A stretch of DNA of 64,000 bases from Octopus vulgaris (GCA_951406725.2 OX597833.1:34968001-35032000); one strand, 5' to 3'. Positions 12,641 to 26,464 are shown, counted from the stretch's first letter. Program-made: numbers and translations. Notes: generated by a model from the sequence alone, not told the origin.

Positions 12641-14716
12641 CAGTTCTTCTCCATTTGGAGGTCCGGACCAAACCAGACCCCGAGCAACTCGACCGGGCCG
12701 TCCGTCCAGCGTCCCACGACGGAGGTACTGATGGACGGCATGGGTTTGCGTCTCCAGGTGCCGATCCACAAGCCCACTGACTTTTCCCGGTTGATTTTTG
12801 CTCCTGTCACCGCTTCGTAGTCTTTCAGTGTCTCGCCGATTAGCTCGATGTGCTCGTGGCTTGACACTATGACGGTGACGTCGTCCGCGTATGCAGACAC
12901 GCTCGTCCCGCATCCCAATTCTCGCGGGATGCCCCTCAGAGTCGCCAGCTTCCGCAGTAGTGGCTCAAGAGTCAATACGTATAGAAGCGCCGAGAGGGGG
13001 CATCCCTGACGGACCGAACGTGCAATGTCGAAAGGTCTCGATAGATGTCATTTACGCGAATTACCGAACGGATGCCTCTGTACAAGGCAGCTATCCAGCC
13101 GCGGAAGACGGGACCGAAACCAGCCGCTCTCAGGACTGCCTCCAAGTATCGATGGTCTACCCTATCGAAGGCTTTCGATTGATCCAAGATATCACTAAAG
13201 TCTTAAAAGTTTTCAGGTTAGAAAGTATCAAAATGTTGCAAATGTGTAACGAGTAGGGTGGTCACTCTCGGCAATGGGCCGAGAGGAAACTGTCCCTAAA
13301 AGGTCGGGCGGAGGTGGCGAACACGTACATCGCGTCCATCATCTACTACCGCCTGACCGTCGTACCTTGTCCCGACCCCACCATCACCAAACTAGAACGC
13401 ATTCTCTTCCGCTTCTTGTGGAAAGGATGCGTCCCGATGGTCAGGCGATCCATTTGCTGTCAACACCCGTTAAAAGGAGGGCTGGGCATGCCGTGGTCGA
13501 GGATGCGCAGACACGCGCTGAGACTGCGACATTTCCGGCTCTATGTAGACGACGGTGAACAGGTGTGGTCGCCGTTTGTGAGGCACGCTTTCCCGCAGCT
13601 CGTCTCCAAGACCGAACTGCAGTCGTGGATCAAAAAGAGGCCGAGGAAGGGCGAATGGCACCGCGAGTGTCGCGTTGCTCTCAAGCAACTCTGCCGTCCC
13701 AGGTCGACCTTGAGTGACTTCAACACAACCAAAGCATTCTATAGGGGATTAGTGGAGGGGAGGTACGACGACGATCTTGGGGCAAACCTGGGCGTCGACG
13801 AGGAATACCTGACCCGCCTGTTTGAAACGACTTTCGGGCCGGGACCTATGGACACCTTCCAGAGATCCCTGGCCTGGCGGTGCTACCGAGACGCGCTACC
13901 CGTTCGGGATAAGCTCTATAGGCATGGCTCGAGAAACACGGGGCCGACCTGCCCGAGATGCGGGCAGAGCGACGAAACCGCTCTGCACGCAATCGTGCAG
14001 TGTCCAGCAATTTCCGACCTGTGGGCTTATGTCGAACGACTGTTGTCACGTGTGGAACGTGTCGGTTTATCAGCCGAGTCTATCGTTAATATCTTCAAAC
14101 GGGAAGGAAGAGCTATTTTTATCATACTTGTGGCTATGGCGAAAGAATGTATCTGGTGGACGCGCCTGAAAGGATTAGAGACAAACACTTTCCTCTCTGG
14201 TCAATCTCTCATCAACTTCTTCAAGTATCACTTGAAGAGGAAAGTGAGAGTAGAGAGGCAAGTTTTGTCTAGTGAATGGTTTTAAAAAAGATGGGTGAAT
14301 GTAGCAAGGATGGCACGTATGAATGACGAAGCCACCTTGACTATGATTCTATGAACCGTAAAAATTAATACAGAGTTGCTTATTTGCAAAAAAAAAGAAG
14401 AAATATAACATGTGACTTCATTGACCGAGGTTACCGTGGTCTTTTCCGTAGGCTTTTCTTTCCACGGGTAAACCTTACCTGTCCTCCCCTTTACACTTCA
14501 TATTGACATTTCTGTGATAACGATCCCTATTGATCAATTCTTTTTTCCCTTCGCTTTCCCCCCTTTTTTCTTTTTAAAATTTTTTTGTCCTCTTTCTTTC
14601 CCTTTACGATCCCTTTTGATCGAAAACCAAACCCCATTTTTTTACCCCCAAAAGAAAAGCTCTACCTTGTAATTTGTCCTGTCTGTGTGCAGCCCTGTGT
14701 GGCTAATAAAGAAACA
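12641..14716 (+). mobile_element. Tx1/L1-type LINE (copy 2) with an inverted 5' RT segment
   Basis: 12641-13190 on the minus strand encodes LDQSKAFDRVDH...YADDVTV...FGPDLQMEKNW; 13248-14354 on the plus strand continues LSLKGRAEVANTY...CPRCGQSDETALHAIVQC (C-terminal CCHC finger); ends AATAAAGAAACA(TATC)n. Confidence 0.93.
13314..14285 (+). pseudogene. LINE ORF2 C-terminal part (post-RT region plus zinc finger); premature stop, natural end about 14354
   Basis: FRFLWKG...PLKGGLG motif and CxxC-H-C finger typical of L1/Tx1 ORF2. Confidence 0.88.
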
Positions 14717-14885
<169 letters not shown>

Positions 14886-14886
14886 C

Positions 14887-15756
14887 TACGACTTTAGACA
14901 GTTCAACTTAGCTTAGCTGGCGTATTTGGAAAAAAATGCCTTTGCGGCAGACGAAGAAAACAATGTTGTCGTGGCGGTTGTCAGAAGCCGAAAGGCTAGT
15001 TGACCGACGATCACGTGAGAGGAGAAGAGAGAAAAAAAGGGGGCAACGGAATCAAAGAGAGAGAGAGAGAAAAAGAGGGACAAAGGTACCAAAGGGGGGG
15101 GGGAGAAGAGAGAGAAAGAAGGAATTGAAGAGGGGAGAATAAAGAGAGCGTGCCAAGGATTGGCTTGGCGACAGAATCAGTGAGGTACAAAGTGAGAAAG
15201 ACAGAGAAGTGTGAGAGAGTGGGGTAAGAGGAGACCAAAGAATCAGAGGCAAGAAAAGAGAAAGACAGAAACTAGTGAAGTATAGAGAAAGTGTGTGTAG
15301 AAGTCGTACAATAGTGGAATGCTTACATACATAAGAGAACAAGATGTACGTTATGCCGCGATAATATATGTATAAAAAAAATATATATTAAAAAAATACA
15401 AAATGGGACAAGAACGCAAAGCACTCAAAGAGACGAAACATAAAACGGACGGGTCATTCGAAGCCTCTAATCTTCAGTCAAGAACCGGATCATCCTCGCA
15501 ATTTCGGCTGATTAATCTTGAGATCGCTCCGATCCGGCCAGCCCCTAGGAAAAACTAAGCTACGAGCATTAGATTTTTTGGAAAAAGGATCGAATGTAGA
15601 CGAAACAAGGACAGAAAAACGGACGATGCCACACGAATATAAATACAAAAAACAATAATAATAATAACAGGACAAAAACGGCGGGTGTCTTACGACTTTA
15701 GACAGTTCAACTTAGCTTAACTGGCGTTTTTGGAAAAAAATGCCATACATACATAA

Positions 15757-15788
<32 letters not shown>

Positions 15789-15839
15789 TTATGTATGTAT
15801 GGCATTTTTTTCCAAAAACGCCAGCTAAGCTAAGTTGAA

Positions 15840-15843
<4 letters not shown>
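14887..15843 (-). mobile_element. (TA)n-associated family C element, partial tandem plus terminal foldback (Penelope-pLTR-like architecture)
   Basis: 54-bp direct repeat at 14887-14940 and 15691-15744; palindrome 15702-15843; the core 15395-15690 recurs at 17893-18095, 55990-56297 and 62352-62520. Confidence 0.7.
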
Positions 15844-15936
<93 letters not shown>

Positions 15937-15951
15937 TATATACATACATGC

Positions 15952-15994
<43 letters not shown>

Positions 15995-16040
15995 CGCATA
16001 TACATATACATACATATATGTATATCTATCTATCTATCTA

Positions 16041-16153
<113 letters not shown>

Positions 16154-16157
16154 GATA

Positions 16158-16212
<55 letters not shown>

Positions 16213-16652
16213 TTATGTGCGTACTCAAAAGTAAGAAAGAATAAAGTGTCAGCTTAAAATTTCTAATATATTTTAAGAAACACTGCTCTGCAATATGGCC
16301 GTATAACTTCTTGAGTCACAAATTCAAACGCTTTAACACACACGCGCGACTACACATATGCACCTTCACACACAAACAAACACGCATATGTTGACACACA
16401 CACACACAGACACACACACACACTAACCTCCAGATATCATAATACGTCACCAGTGAGGAACAAAAACACCTCTGTCTTTTCGCAGACGCTATTATCGATC
16501 GGATTTAACAAGGTCGGCGCTGTTTGAAGAGGGATAATGGAGGGCGACTTCTCTTTATGTACCTGTCTGTCCATATATATATCTGCCGCCCTCTCACATT
16601 ATGTTTACGTGATTTTGTGGTGGCTGCCCGTGTCCCTATGTATGTATGTATG

Positions 16653-16683
<31 letters not shown>

Positions 16684-16831
16684 GTGTGTGTGTATATATA
16701 TATATAATTATATACATATACAATATATATATAATTATATGTATTATATATATATATACTTATATATATATAATATATATATATTTATATATATTATATA
16801 TATATTATATATATATAATTAAACATATATA

Positions 16832-17167
16832 TTCTTTTATTTGTTTCAGTCATTTGACTGCAGCTATGCTGGAGAACCGCCTTTAGTCGAACAAACTGAC
16901 TTCAGGTTTTATTCTTTGTAAGCCTAGTACTTATCCTATCGGTCTCTTTTGCCGAACAGCTAAGTTACGGGGACAGAAACACACCAACATCGGTTGTCAA
17001 GCGATGGTGGGGGGATAAACACAGACACAAACATACACACACACACACATATATACATACACATATATACATACATACACACACGCGTACACACACGCGT
17101 ACACACACACACATATATACATACACATATATACATACATACACACACGCGTACACACATACACACG

Positions 17168-17201
<34 letters not shown>

Positions 17202-17275
17202 CACATGGGCTTCTTTCAGTTTCCGTCAACCAAATCGACTCACAAGGTTTTTGTCGGCCCGAGACTATAGTTGAA

Positions 17276-17280
<5 letters not shown>
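16832..17280 (-). mobile_element. SINE family A lacking the head
   Basis: GTTTCAGTCATTTGACTG tail through GGCCCGAGACTATAG. Confidence 0.88.
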
Positions 17281-17321
<41 letters not shown>

Positions 17322-17329
17322 AAAGAGGG

Positions 17330-17652
17330 GAGCTCATTGTCGGTTACGACGATGAGGGTCCCAGTTGATACGATCAACGGAACAGCTTGCTCTTGAAATT
17401 AACGAGCAAGTCAGTGAGCACTCCACAGACACGTGTACCCTTAACGTAGTCCTCAGGGAGATTCAGCGTGACACACAGTGTGACAAGGCTGGCCCTTTGA
17501 AATACAGGTGCTATTCATTTTTGCCAGCTGAGTGGACTGGAGTAACGTGAAATAAAGTGTCTTGCTCAAAGACATTACGCGTCACCAGGAATTGAACTCA
17601 TGACCTTACGATCGTGAGCCGAATGCCCTAACCATTAAGCCACACGCCTTCA
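17330..17652 (-). mobile_element. tRNA-derived SINE family D variant
   Basis: Minus head GAAGGCGTGTGGCTTAATGGTTAGG...GAGTTCAATTCC; 3' half shared with 45631-46019. Confidence 0.85.
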
Positions 17653-17783
17653 CATACTATGGACTACACTGTAACCATTTCAGGAATATGAACTGTGATC
17701 TTAAGAGACATAGGATTTGTGGAAAAAGGCATAGTGATGCATTAAAATATTTATAAATTTCATCCAAGGATTATTGTTATTAT

Positions 17784-17830
<47 letters not shown>

Positions 17831-17831
17831 T

Positions 17832-17892
<61 letters not shown>

Positions 17893-17894
<2 letters not shown>

Positions 17895-18095
17895 AAATGG
17901 GACAAGAATGCAAAACATCCAGACAGTTAGGGGATACAAAAAAGGGACAACAAAACATCCAGATAGACGATATAAAGAAAACAAGGACGGGTCATTTGGA
18001 GTTTTCTTTCCTGAGTCGAGTTCCAGATTATCTTTGCAATTTTGGCTGGTTATACTCGAGGGGCATCTGGCCATAGAAAATCAACCTCAGTGAAT
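17893..18095 (-). mobile_element. Family C fragment abutting (TA)n
   Basis: AAAATGGGACAAGAA...GGACGGGTCATT shared with 15400-15460. Confidence 0.75.
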
Positions 18096-18926
18096 TATGC
18101 TTGTATCATGCAAGCAAGGAAAAGTTATATGTGAAACTGACGATGATGATGGTGATGATGATGATGATGATGATGATGATAATGATGATAATGACAATGA
18201 CTTTGATGAATATGATAATGATAATGATGATGACGACGACGATGACGATGACAATGACAACGATGATGATGATGATGATTGTATGCATAGATGGTAGCAG
18301 TATGATAAAAGAGAAGAATGAGCTGATAAGCATAACATTTTTTTAATACATTTAATAAAGATATACTTTGTTTAGTCTGGTGATATGATTAATATCCAAA
18401 CCCTTTATAGATATTCATAATTTGTTGGGTTTCCAGGTGCACTAAATCCTTATATAAGCACAAAGAACCCAGATATGATAGAAAATATCATAATACAACA
18501 AAAAATATGACAAAACTATTAATTTAGTCCTTTAATTATTTATAAACAAGAATTTACCATTCAGTCTTTTAAATTGCTATTAGAAAGGATTTACCATTCT
18601 AGTAGTGTTGGGTCAGAAGGAACTGTAAAGGGAATAATCATTTTTGCCACGTTATTGTACTTTGAACAATCTAATCATGTCCAACACATGAATGAGGAAA
18701 GAAGAATTATAAGGATGCAAACTCTATTTTGTTGTCATATTGGTTTCAAATAATAGCACAAGGCTTGCAATTTTTGGGAGTGAGTAAGTCAATTACAACA
18801 ACACCTGTGTTCAACTGGTACTTATTTTATCAACCCTGAAAGGATGAAAGGCAAAGTATAGATGTACTTATACATACACACACATACATATATATGTATG
18901 TATGTATGCATGTATGTATGTATGTA

Positions 18927-18975
<49 letters not shown>

Positions 18976-19063
18976 ACATTTATATATGTATTTATGTATG
19001 TATGTATCTATCTATAGGGGGATTATAATTACAATTAAGTACACTCACAAAGATACGCATATA

Positions 19064-19107
<44 letters not shown>

Positions 19108-19121
19108 CATACATACATACA

Positions 19122-19246
<125 letters not shown>

Positions 19247-19399
19247 TCTATACGCGCAAGAAATCGACTGAAAGAAATGCAAATTAAATATAATTTTTCT
19301 ACTACCTGACATGGATCATTGAAATTGCCCGTGTTGGTACTGTAATTATGCCTCTATACAAAAATGCTAGTCAGCGTAATCTTCCCCACAAACGAGGTA

Positions 19400-19660
19400 T
19401 CTGAGCCATCATCGAACCTAACTCATAAATCTGTTTTGAAAAATGCACAGTTGCACTAACTTCTTTACACCTGATTTCACCTCATTTTTGTTATCAAACT
19501 GTTGTCTCCGAAGACTGTTCTTCACTGGATCGAACAGATGGATGTCAGAATGTGACGGATCCAAGTTATACGATGCAAAGGGGATCCTATGACCAAACCA
19601 ATTTGCTGATTGCCTCATTTGTGGCCTGATTTGTTGTCATGGCGCACCTGAATCGTTTCC
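19400..19660 (-). mobile_element. Old mariner transposase C-terminal relic
   Basis: SYNLDPSHSDIHLFDPVKNSLRRQQFDNKNEVK resembles PYSPDLAPSDYHLF..LKN.L....F. Confidence 0.65.
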
Positions 19661-19739
19661 ATATCTTTGTGCAGTTTTTTTCCTCTTCATGGCTTTGCTA
19701 AACTTTTTGACTGTCTTGTCTCAATTTATCGTTCAGTGG

Positions 19740-19895
19740 TCACCTTACATCGACCCCAGTTCTCAACTGGTACTTCTTTCATCGACTCCCGAAAGGATGA
19801 AACGCGGAATTTGAACTCAGAACGTAAAGAGCCGGAAGAAATTTCACTAAGCATTTTGTCCGTTGTGCTAATGATTCTGCCGGCTAACCGCCTTT
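19740..19895 (-). mobile_element. SINE family B, diverged
   Basis: CGACCCCAGT...GGAATTTGAACTCAGAACGTAAA...CTAAGCATTTTG. Confidence 0.8.
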
Positions 19896-20461
19896 TTAGG
19901 AGTAAACAATATATGTAATTTATCAAAAGTTAATTTTAATAGTATAAAGAGTATGGTTGTTTTGAAAACAATTGACTTGATATAATTAAATAAAATATAA
20001 TTTGGCGTATGGGTCTATAAAGTTTTCCTGTTTAAGACAAAGCTTCGAGTTATATTTTATATTATATATTCATTCATTTTTTTGTTAAGGTTTTTAAGCT
20101 AAAATATTCATAAGTACTCAAGACTTGCAATATATAAGAATGTTTAAGAATGCCTTTGATCACAGAGCTGTTGAATTCGAGTTGACCTGGGGTTAAAAAA
20201 ATAACATCAATGCCACAATTATTAATCATTGCTAATATTATTACAAACTCCAGTTAGGAACTCTGTTATCACTTACTAACATAAATTAAGTACTATAACC
20301 ACCGGTTCTAATACCAATTCTATTGCCATCAATACTAATAATGTTGTCAGTGAAGACGCTTCTTTGTGGTCATTCGATCGGCTGCAAATAACTAACAATC
20401 ACTCCTAAATCACATACCACCAATTTTAAATGAAGAATACACCGGACAATGTGGTTATGTG

Positions 20462-20531
<70 letters not shown>

Positions 20532-20588
20532 CATACACATATGTATGTGTATATGTATCTATATCTATCTATCTATATATACACATAC

Positions 20589-20621
<33 letters not shown>

Positions 20622-20635
20622 TGTATCTATCTATA

Positions 20636-20678
<43 letters not shown>

Positions 20679-20797
20679 ATATATATATTTATATATATAT
20701 ATATACATGCATATATGTATGTGTATATATATCTATATCTATCTAGCTATCAATCTCTATATATATACACATACATGTATGTATGTATGTATGTTTG

Positions 20798-20884
<87 letters not shown>

Positions 20885-20905
20885 CGATCTATCTATCTAT
20901 CTATC

Positions 20906-20963
<58 letters not shown>

Positions 20964-21190
20964 GTATATGTATATATATATATATATATACACACACACA
21001 TAAAGACCTGGGACGCCTATGATAATAGATTTGACCGCAGACAGAGCTGACGTGGACTAATAACACCACTATCTCCAGCATTCCTACCAACACTCCCATC
21101 ACCGCCATCATCACTGCCTTCAACTACAATCACGCACCATTTCTACTGTCACCAGTAACAAAAATAACAAACAAAAAATGATCAAAGCAT

Positions 21191-21233
<43 letters not shown>

Positions 21234-21744
21234 GGTGCTACACGAGAAATGGGTCAGTCCAGTTGACCCAGACAGAAGAGAGAGGATGTGTCGACTTTAG
21301 AACTACTCTTCTGTTTCCTTACTGCAGCCTAACAACCACTCTGCACTACCTGTCACTAAACTGACTTTACTGTGGCCGCAACTATATCTTCACCTCATTA
21401 AGTTTGTATTCAGCCAATGTTGACAAGTAACTACGTTGAAATGTATATATGTGTGTATGTATGTATGTATGTATGTATGTATGTATGTATGTATGTATGT
21501 ATGTATGTATGTATGTATTTGTATGTGTGAGTGTGTATGTATTTGTATGAGTGTGAGTGTGTATGTATGTATGTACGTATGTATGTATATGTGTATGTAT
21601 ATATGTATTTATGTATGTATGTGTGCATGTATGTATGTATGTATGTATGTATGTATGTATGAGTGCTTGTATATGTGTGCATATATGTATGTACGCGTGT
21701 GTGTATGTATGTATTTATGTGTGTATGAGTGTGTGTGTGTAGCC

Positions 21745-21912
21745 GTATTTCGGCTGCCGTTACGTTCTGAGTTCAAATTCCGCCGAGGTCAACTTTGCCT
21801 TTCATCCTTTCGGGGTCGATAAATTAAGTACCAGTTACGCACTGGGGTCGATGTAATCGACTTAATCCGTTTGTCTGTTCTTGTTTGTTCCCTCTGTGGG
21901 TAGTAAAGAAAT
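21745..21912 (+). mobile_element. SINE family B body unit lacking the 5' head
   Basis: GTATTTCGGCTGCCGTTACGTTCTGAGTTCAAATTCCGCCGAGG...GGGTAGTAAAGAAATA. Confidence 0.9.
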
Positions 21913-22276
21913 ATGTATGTATGAATGTATGTATGTATGTAGGTAGGTATGTATATATATGTGTGTATGTAAGTATATGTGTATTTATGCGCGTACAAAT
22001 GTATGTGTACACAAATTAAATTATGATGTTTGAAGGTATATACATGTTATATGTGTGTGTTTCTAATACACACACACACACACGCACACACACACACGCA
22101 CACACACACACATATATATGTGTGTGTATAAATATATGTATGTAGATATGACACATCTTTTTTCCACGCATATTAAAAGTATAGAAAGAAGTGATTACAT
22201 TCTAAATATTTATTCAGAATTTAAATGCTTAAATTTATTCATGTCTTTTTAATGCAAGCTGCGTTAGGCATAAAAT

Positions 22277-22437
22277 CAGTGCCGGATTTAGAACCTGTGC
22301 TGGTTAAATTATGAGGACCCTTACTTGGAAAGTCAAGCATACAAGCTCAGGAATTTCACCGTAAGAAATTTTGGGGGCAGTAAGATGGGTCACCCTGTGC
22401 TTAAACATACCTTAGCACAATGTTAAATCCGGCACTG
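22277..22437. mobile_element. hAT MITE, 161 bp
   Basis: Perfect 14-bp TIR CAGTGCCGGATTTA / TAAATCCGGCACTG and perfect 8-bp TSD CATAAAAT (22269-22276, 22438-22445). Confidence 0.95.
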
Positions 22438-22523
22438 CATAAAATATATATTGTTTAATAAATAAGCATCAAATTCACAAATGTCCAAGTTAAATTAGCC
22501 ACTGTAGTGATACGTTATTTTAC

Positions 22524-23191
22524 GGATAGGGACAACTCACCACCGCCAACTCAACACCACCGACTCAACACCGCCGACTCAACGCCAGGACAACTCAACA
22601 CCAAGACAACGCAAAACCAGGAAAATTGATTACTCTCTCTTTACTCTTTTACTCTTTTACTTGTTTCAGTCATTTGACTGTGGCCATGCTGGACTACCGC
22701 CATTAGTCGAGCAAATCGATCCCAGGACTTATTCTTTGTAAGCCTAGTACTTATTCTACCAGTCACTTTTGCCGAACCGCTAAGTTAATGGGAGGTAAAC
22801 ACACCAGCATCGGTTGTCAAGTGATGTTGGGGAGACAAACACAGACACATAGACACACACACATTATATATATACGATGGGCTTTTTTCAGTTTTCGTCT
22901 ACCAAATCCACTTACAAGGCTTTGGTCTGCCGAGGCTATAGTAGAAGTCACTTGCCCAAGGTGCCACGCAGTGAGACTGAACTCGGAACCATGTGTCTGG
23001 TAAGCAAGCGTCTTACCACACAGCCACTCCTGCGCCTAGCTACTTACCACATAGCCACTCCTGCGAATAAATAATTTATTCGTTTTATAACTTCATTCGT
23101 TTTATTACATTATCAGATTAATCTCAATACATGGCTTGAATAAAAAAAAAGCAGAACTTTTACAATTCGAATACAAGTATTTTATAAAGAA

Positions 23192-23248
<57 letters not shown>

Positions 23249-23574
23249 TGTGTGTGTGTATGTGTTTGTGTGCGTGTGTGTGTGACGTAGAAAATTTGGA
23301 AGTTGAATTCGTGAATATATATTTAAATTTTTCGTCACTCTCAAAATGGAAATTTTTAGCCAAAGAGGAAGAGAAATTAAAAATATATAGTTTCGCAATT
23401 ACTTTTATTCGAATTTTAAAATTTATGTCATGTATCAAATTAATATTTCATAAATACCTGATAATGTTATAAAACGAATAAAATTATAAAACGAATAAAT
23501 TATTTATTAATCAATTTTCTTGGTGTTGTGTTGTCCTGGCGTTGAGTTGGCGGTGTTGAGTTGTCCTGCACTCC
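22524..23574. mobile_element. Foldback-type non-autonomous DNA element with long TIRs carrying 15-bp tandem repeats; SINE A inserted in the left arm
   Basis: (CAACTCAACACCGCC)-like arrays inverted at both ends; arms continue as 23066-23110 vs 23457-23510; GG...CC termini; 7/8 TSD TATTTTAC / TATTTTAT. Confidence 0.8.
22633..23065 (-). mobile_element. SINE family A with a duplicated 5' end
   Basis: Full family sequence; CTTACCACACAGCCACTCCTGCG occurs twice (about 23012-23034 and 23043-23065). Confidence 0.92.
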
Positions 23575-23959
23575 TATTTTATTATTGCTTTATGTTGTAA
23601 CTGATAATTCTATGATATTGATTGGGTGGGGGGACCGGGTTCATCTTCTGAGGAGCAGTTAATAAAGTCTACATCGGACGATTGCCTATAATTTTTTTTA
23701 TATCAGAAGCATAGAAAGAATGTGTTTACATTGTAAATATTTCTATTACATTTGGGGTTTCTAACGTTAAATTTATTTAGGAGTGACAAAGAAATTTATG
23801 AGAAAAACTAAAACACAACACAAACAGAGACAAACTGAAAATAGTAATCAGTTGTCGGCCAAATACCATCACGATTTCAACACCTCCTGACAATGTATGG
23901 CTCAAAACTGGTGGTGAAGACAGCATGCGAATTACTTTGGCCTTATATACATCTGTCTG

Positions 23960-24054
<95 letters not shown>

Positions 24055-24436
24055 GTGCATACACACTTACTCTCTCTCTCACACACACAACGCACACACA
24101 CACACACACACACACACAATCACGTAACTATAGTTTGTATCGTTCCGCTCGAAACGTTTTTGCGCTTACAGCCCACCCCAAATGCTATACGGGGCAACTA
24201 TTCTCCTTCTCAGGTATAACCGCAAACATCTCTGATGCTGTTGCCGATAGTTTGCCTAACAGAAATATACACTATTCATTGTATTTCTTGCAGAACACTG
24301 AAGAAGCGTTAGAAAGATTATATAATTTTCCAACTCGAATTATGTAATCATAGCTGTAAATTTGCCGAAAAGTGTGTGTATTTTATAAAGCATAGAATGC
24401 CATTATGCTTTTTGTGTTTTACTAATACCGTATATG

Positions 24437-24705
24437 AAGGCGCGTTGCCTGGTGTTTAGGCTTTTGAACTCACGATCGCTAGATCGGAGGTTCGATTCCC
24501 TGACTGGGCGGCACGGTGTGTTCTGGAGCAAAACACGTCATCTCACATTGATCCGGTTCCCCTTCAATCAGGGAAAGGGGAATGTTGGCCTGCTCGCTTA
24601 GCCGGCAGGGTGGCGTCATTTGAAGGCTAAAACAATGCAAAAGCGAACTGCGACCAACGATGTGTAACAGCATTTTATAGCTTGGTCGGTCACGTGGAAA
24701 AGTGG
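24437..24705 (+). mobile_element. tRNA-derived SINE, family D-related head with a different tail
   Basis: GAAGGCGCGTTGCCTGGTG...GGTTCGATTCCC B-box; GAGCAAAACAC body motif as at 17565(-). Confidence 0.7.
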
Positions 24706-24872
24706 TTAATACTATATATATATGCGATATGTTTCGGAGCTCTTTGCACTTTAGTCCGGCACAGTAAACGTTGCCGAAAAATAGGTACAACGAGCAATCT
24801 GTAGTGAGTATAAAGAAAGAGATCAAGTGAGTGATGTTCAGTTAATTTATTCAATTAGACAAATAACTAAAT

Positions 24873-25224
24873 CTGGTTAGGGCAGCGGACTCGCGGTCGT
24901 AGGATCGCGTTTTCGATTCCCAGAAAGGGGCGTTGTGAGTGTTTATTGAGCGAAAACACCTAAAGCTCCACGAGTCTCCAGTAGAGGGTGGTGGCGAGCC
25001 CTACTAGATTCTTTCGCCACGACTTTCTCTCACTCTTTCTTCCTGTTTCTATTGTACCTGTATTTCAAAGGGTCAGCCTTTGAACACTCTGTGCCACGCT
25101 AAATCTCCCCGAGAACTGCGTCAAGGGTGGAGTGCTCAGCCACTTGCACGTTAATTTCACGAGCAGGCTATTCCGTTGATCGGAATAACTAGAACCCTCG
25201 TCTTCGAAACCGACGGAGTGCCAC
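24873..25224 (+). mobile_element. SINE family D, slightly 5'-truncated
   Basis: Colinear with 45648-46008. Confidence 0.9.
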
Positions 25225-25596
25225 GGTATAACTAAACTCTCTTCCTTGTTTTTCTATCCGCTCTCCCGCCTCACAGTGAAGTGGAACCTTAATATACTTA
25301 AAGTAATGAGTCTAAAATAGTTTTTTTTTCCTTTAATGTATTTATTATTAAAAATACATCTGTGATGAAATGAAAAATTATCGCCGTTAAGGGTAACATT
25401 TGGTAAGATGAGGAAGAGAACTCCGTGAGAAGAAAGCGGTGATGAAGATGGAGAAGGAGGAGGAGGAGGAAAAGAAGAAGAAGAAGAAGAAGAAGAAGAA
25501 GAAGAAGAAGAAGAAGAAGAAGAAGAAGAAGAAGAAGAAGAAGAAGAAGAAGAAGAAGAAGAAGAAAGTGGGGGTGGTATAATTAATCCGGAGATA

Positions 25597-26175
25597 AGGC
25601 GGCGAGCTGGTAGAAACGTTAGCGCGCCGGGCGAAATGCTTAGCGGTATTTCGTCTGTTGTTACGTTCTGAGTTCAAATTCCGCCGAGGTCAACTTTGTC
25701 TTTCATCCTTTCGGGGTCGATAAATTAAGTACCAGTTACGCACTGGGGTCGATGTAATCGACTTAATACCTATGTCTGTCCTTGTTTGTCCCCTCTGTGT
25801 TTAGCCCCTTGTGGGTAGTAAAGAAATAGGTATTTCGTCTACCGCTACGTTCTGTGTTCAAATTCCGCCGAGGTCGACTTTGCCTTTTATCCTTTCGGGG
25901 TCGATTAAATAAGTACCAGTTACGCACTGGGGTCGATATGATCGACTTAATCCGTGTGTTTGTCTTTGTTTGTCCTCTCTGTGTTTAGCCCCTTGTGGGT
26001 AGTAAAGAAATAGGTATTTCGTCTGCCGCTACGTTCTGAGTTCAAATTCCGCCGACGTCAACTTTTCCTCTCATCTTTTCGGGGTCGATTAAATAAGTAC
26101 CAGTTGCGTATTGGGGTCGATCTAATCGACTAGCCCCACTCCCCAAAAATTTCAGGTTTTGTACCTATAGTAGAA
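25597..26175 (+). mobile_element. SINE family B trimer (one head plus three ~184-bp body units)
   Basis: GGTATTTCGTCT...GTTCAAATTCCGCCGA recurs at about 25645, 25829 and 26013. Confidence 0.93.
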
Positions 26176-26464
26176 ACATAAAAAAAAACACACTTAAATG
26201 TTTTCTCAGATGAAATGGAGACGACGAGAGACAATCGATAATCGAACCGTAGATACCAAACTAGCTTTCATATTTGGTGCTTCTCGGCGTGTCATTGTGT
26301 ATACCTGTAGTGTTTTTTAATATACAAAATAGCGCTAAAAGAGACGAGACAGCAAGGAAAGCTCTGCATTGTCGCTAGACCTGCTAGACATAGCAGTCAA
26401 ATCCCTTTACTATCACACTACAATCTTAAAAAAAAAGGATACATTCAGTAATGTAACCCTAGAT

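Noticed and set aside
22531-22620. CRISPR-like short repeats
   Set aside because: Contiguous 15-bp tandem units without spacers, within a transposon TIR in eukaryotic DNA
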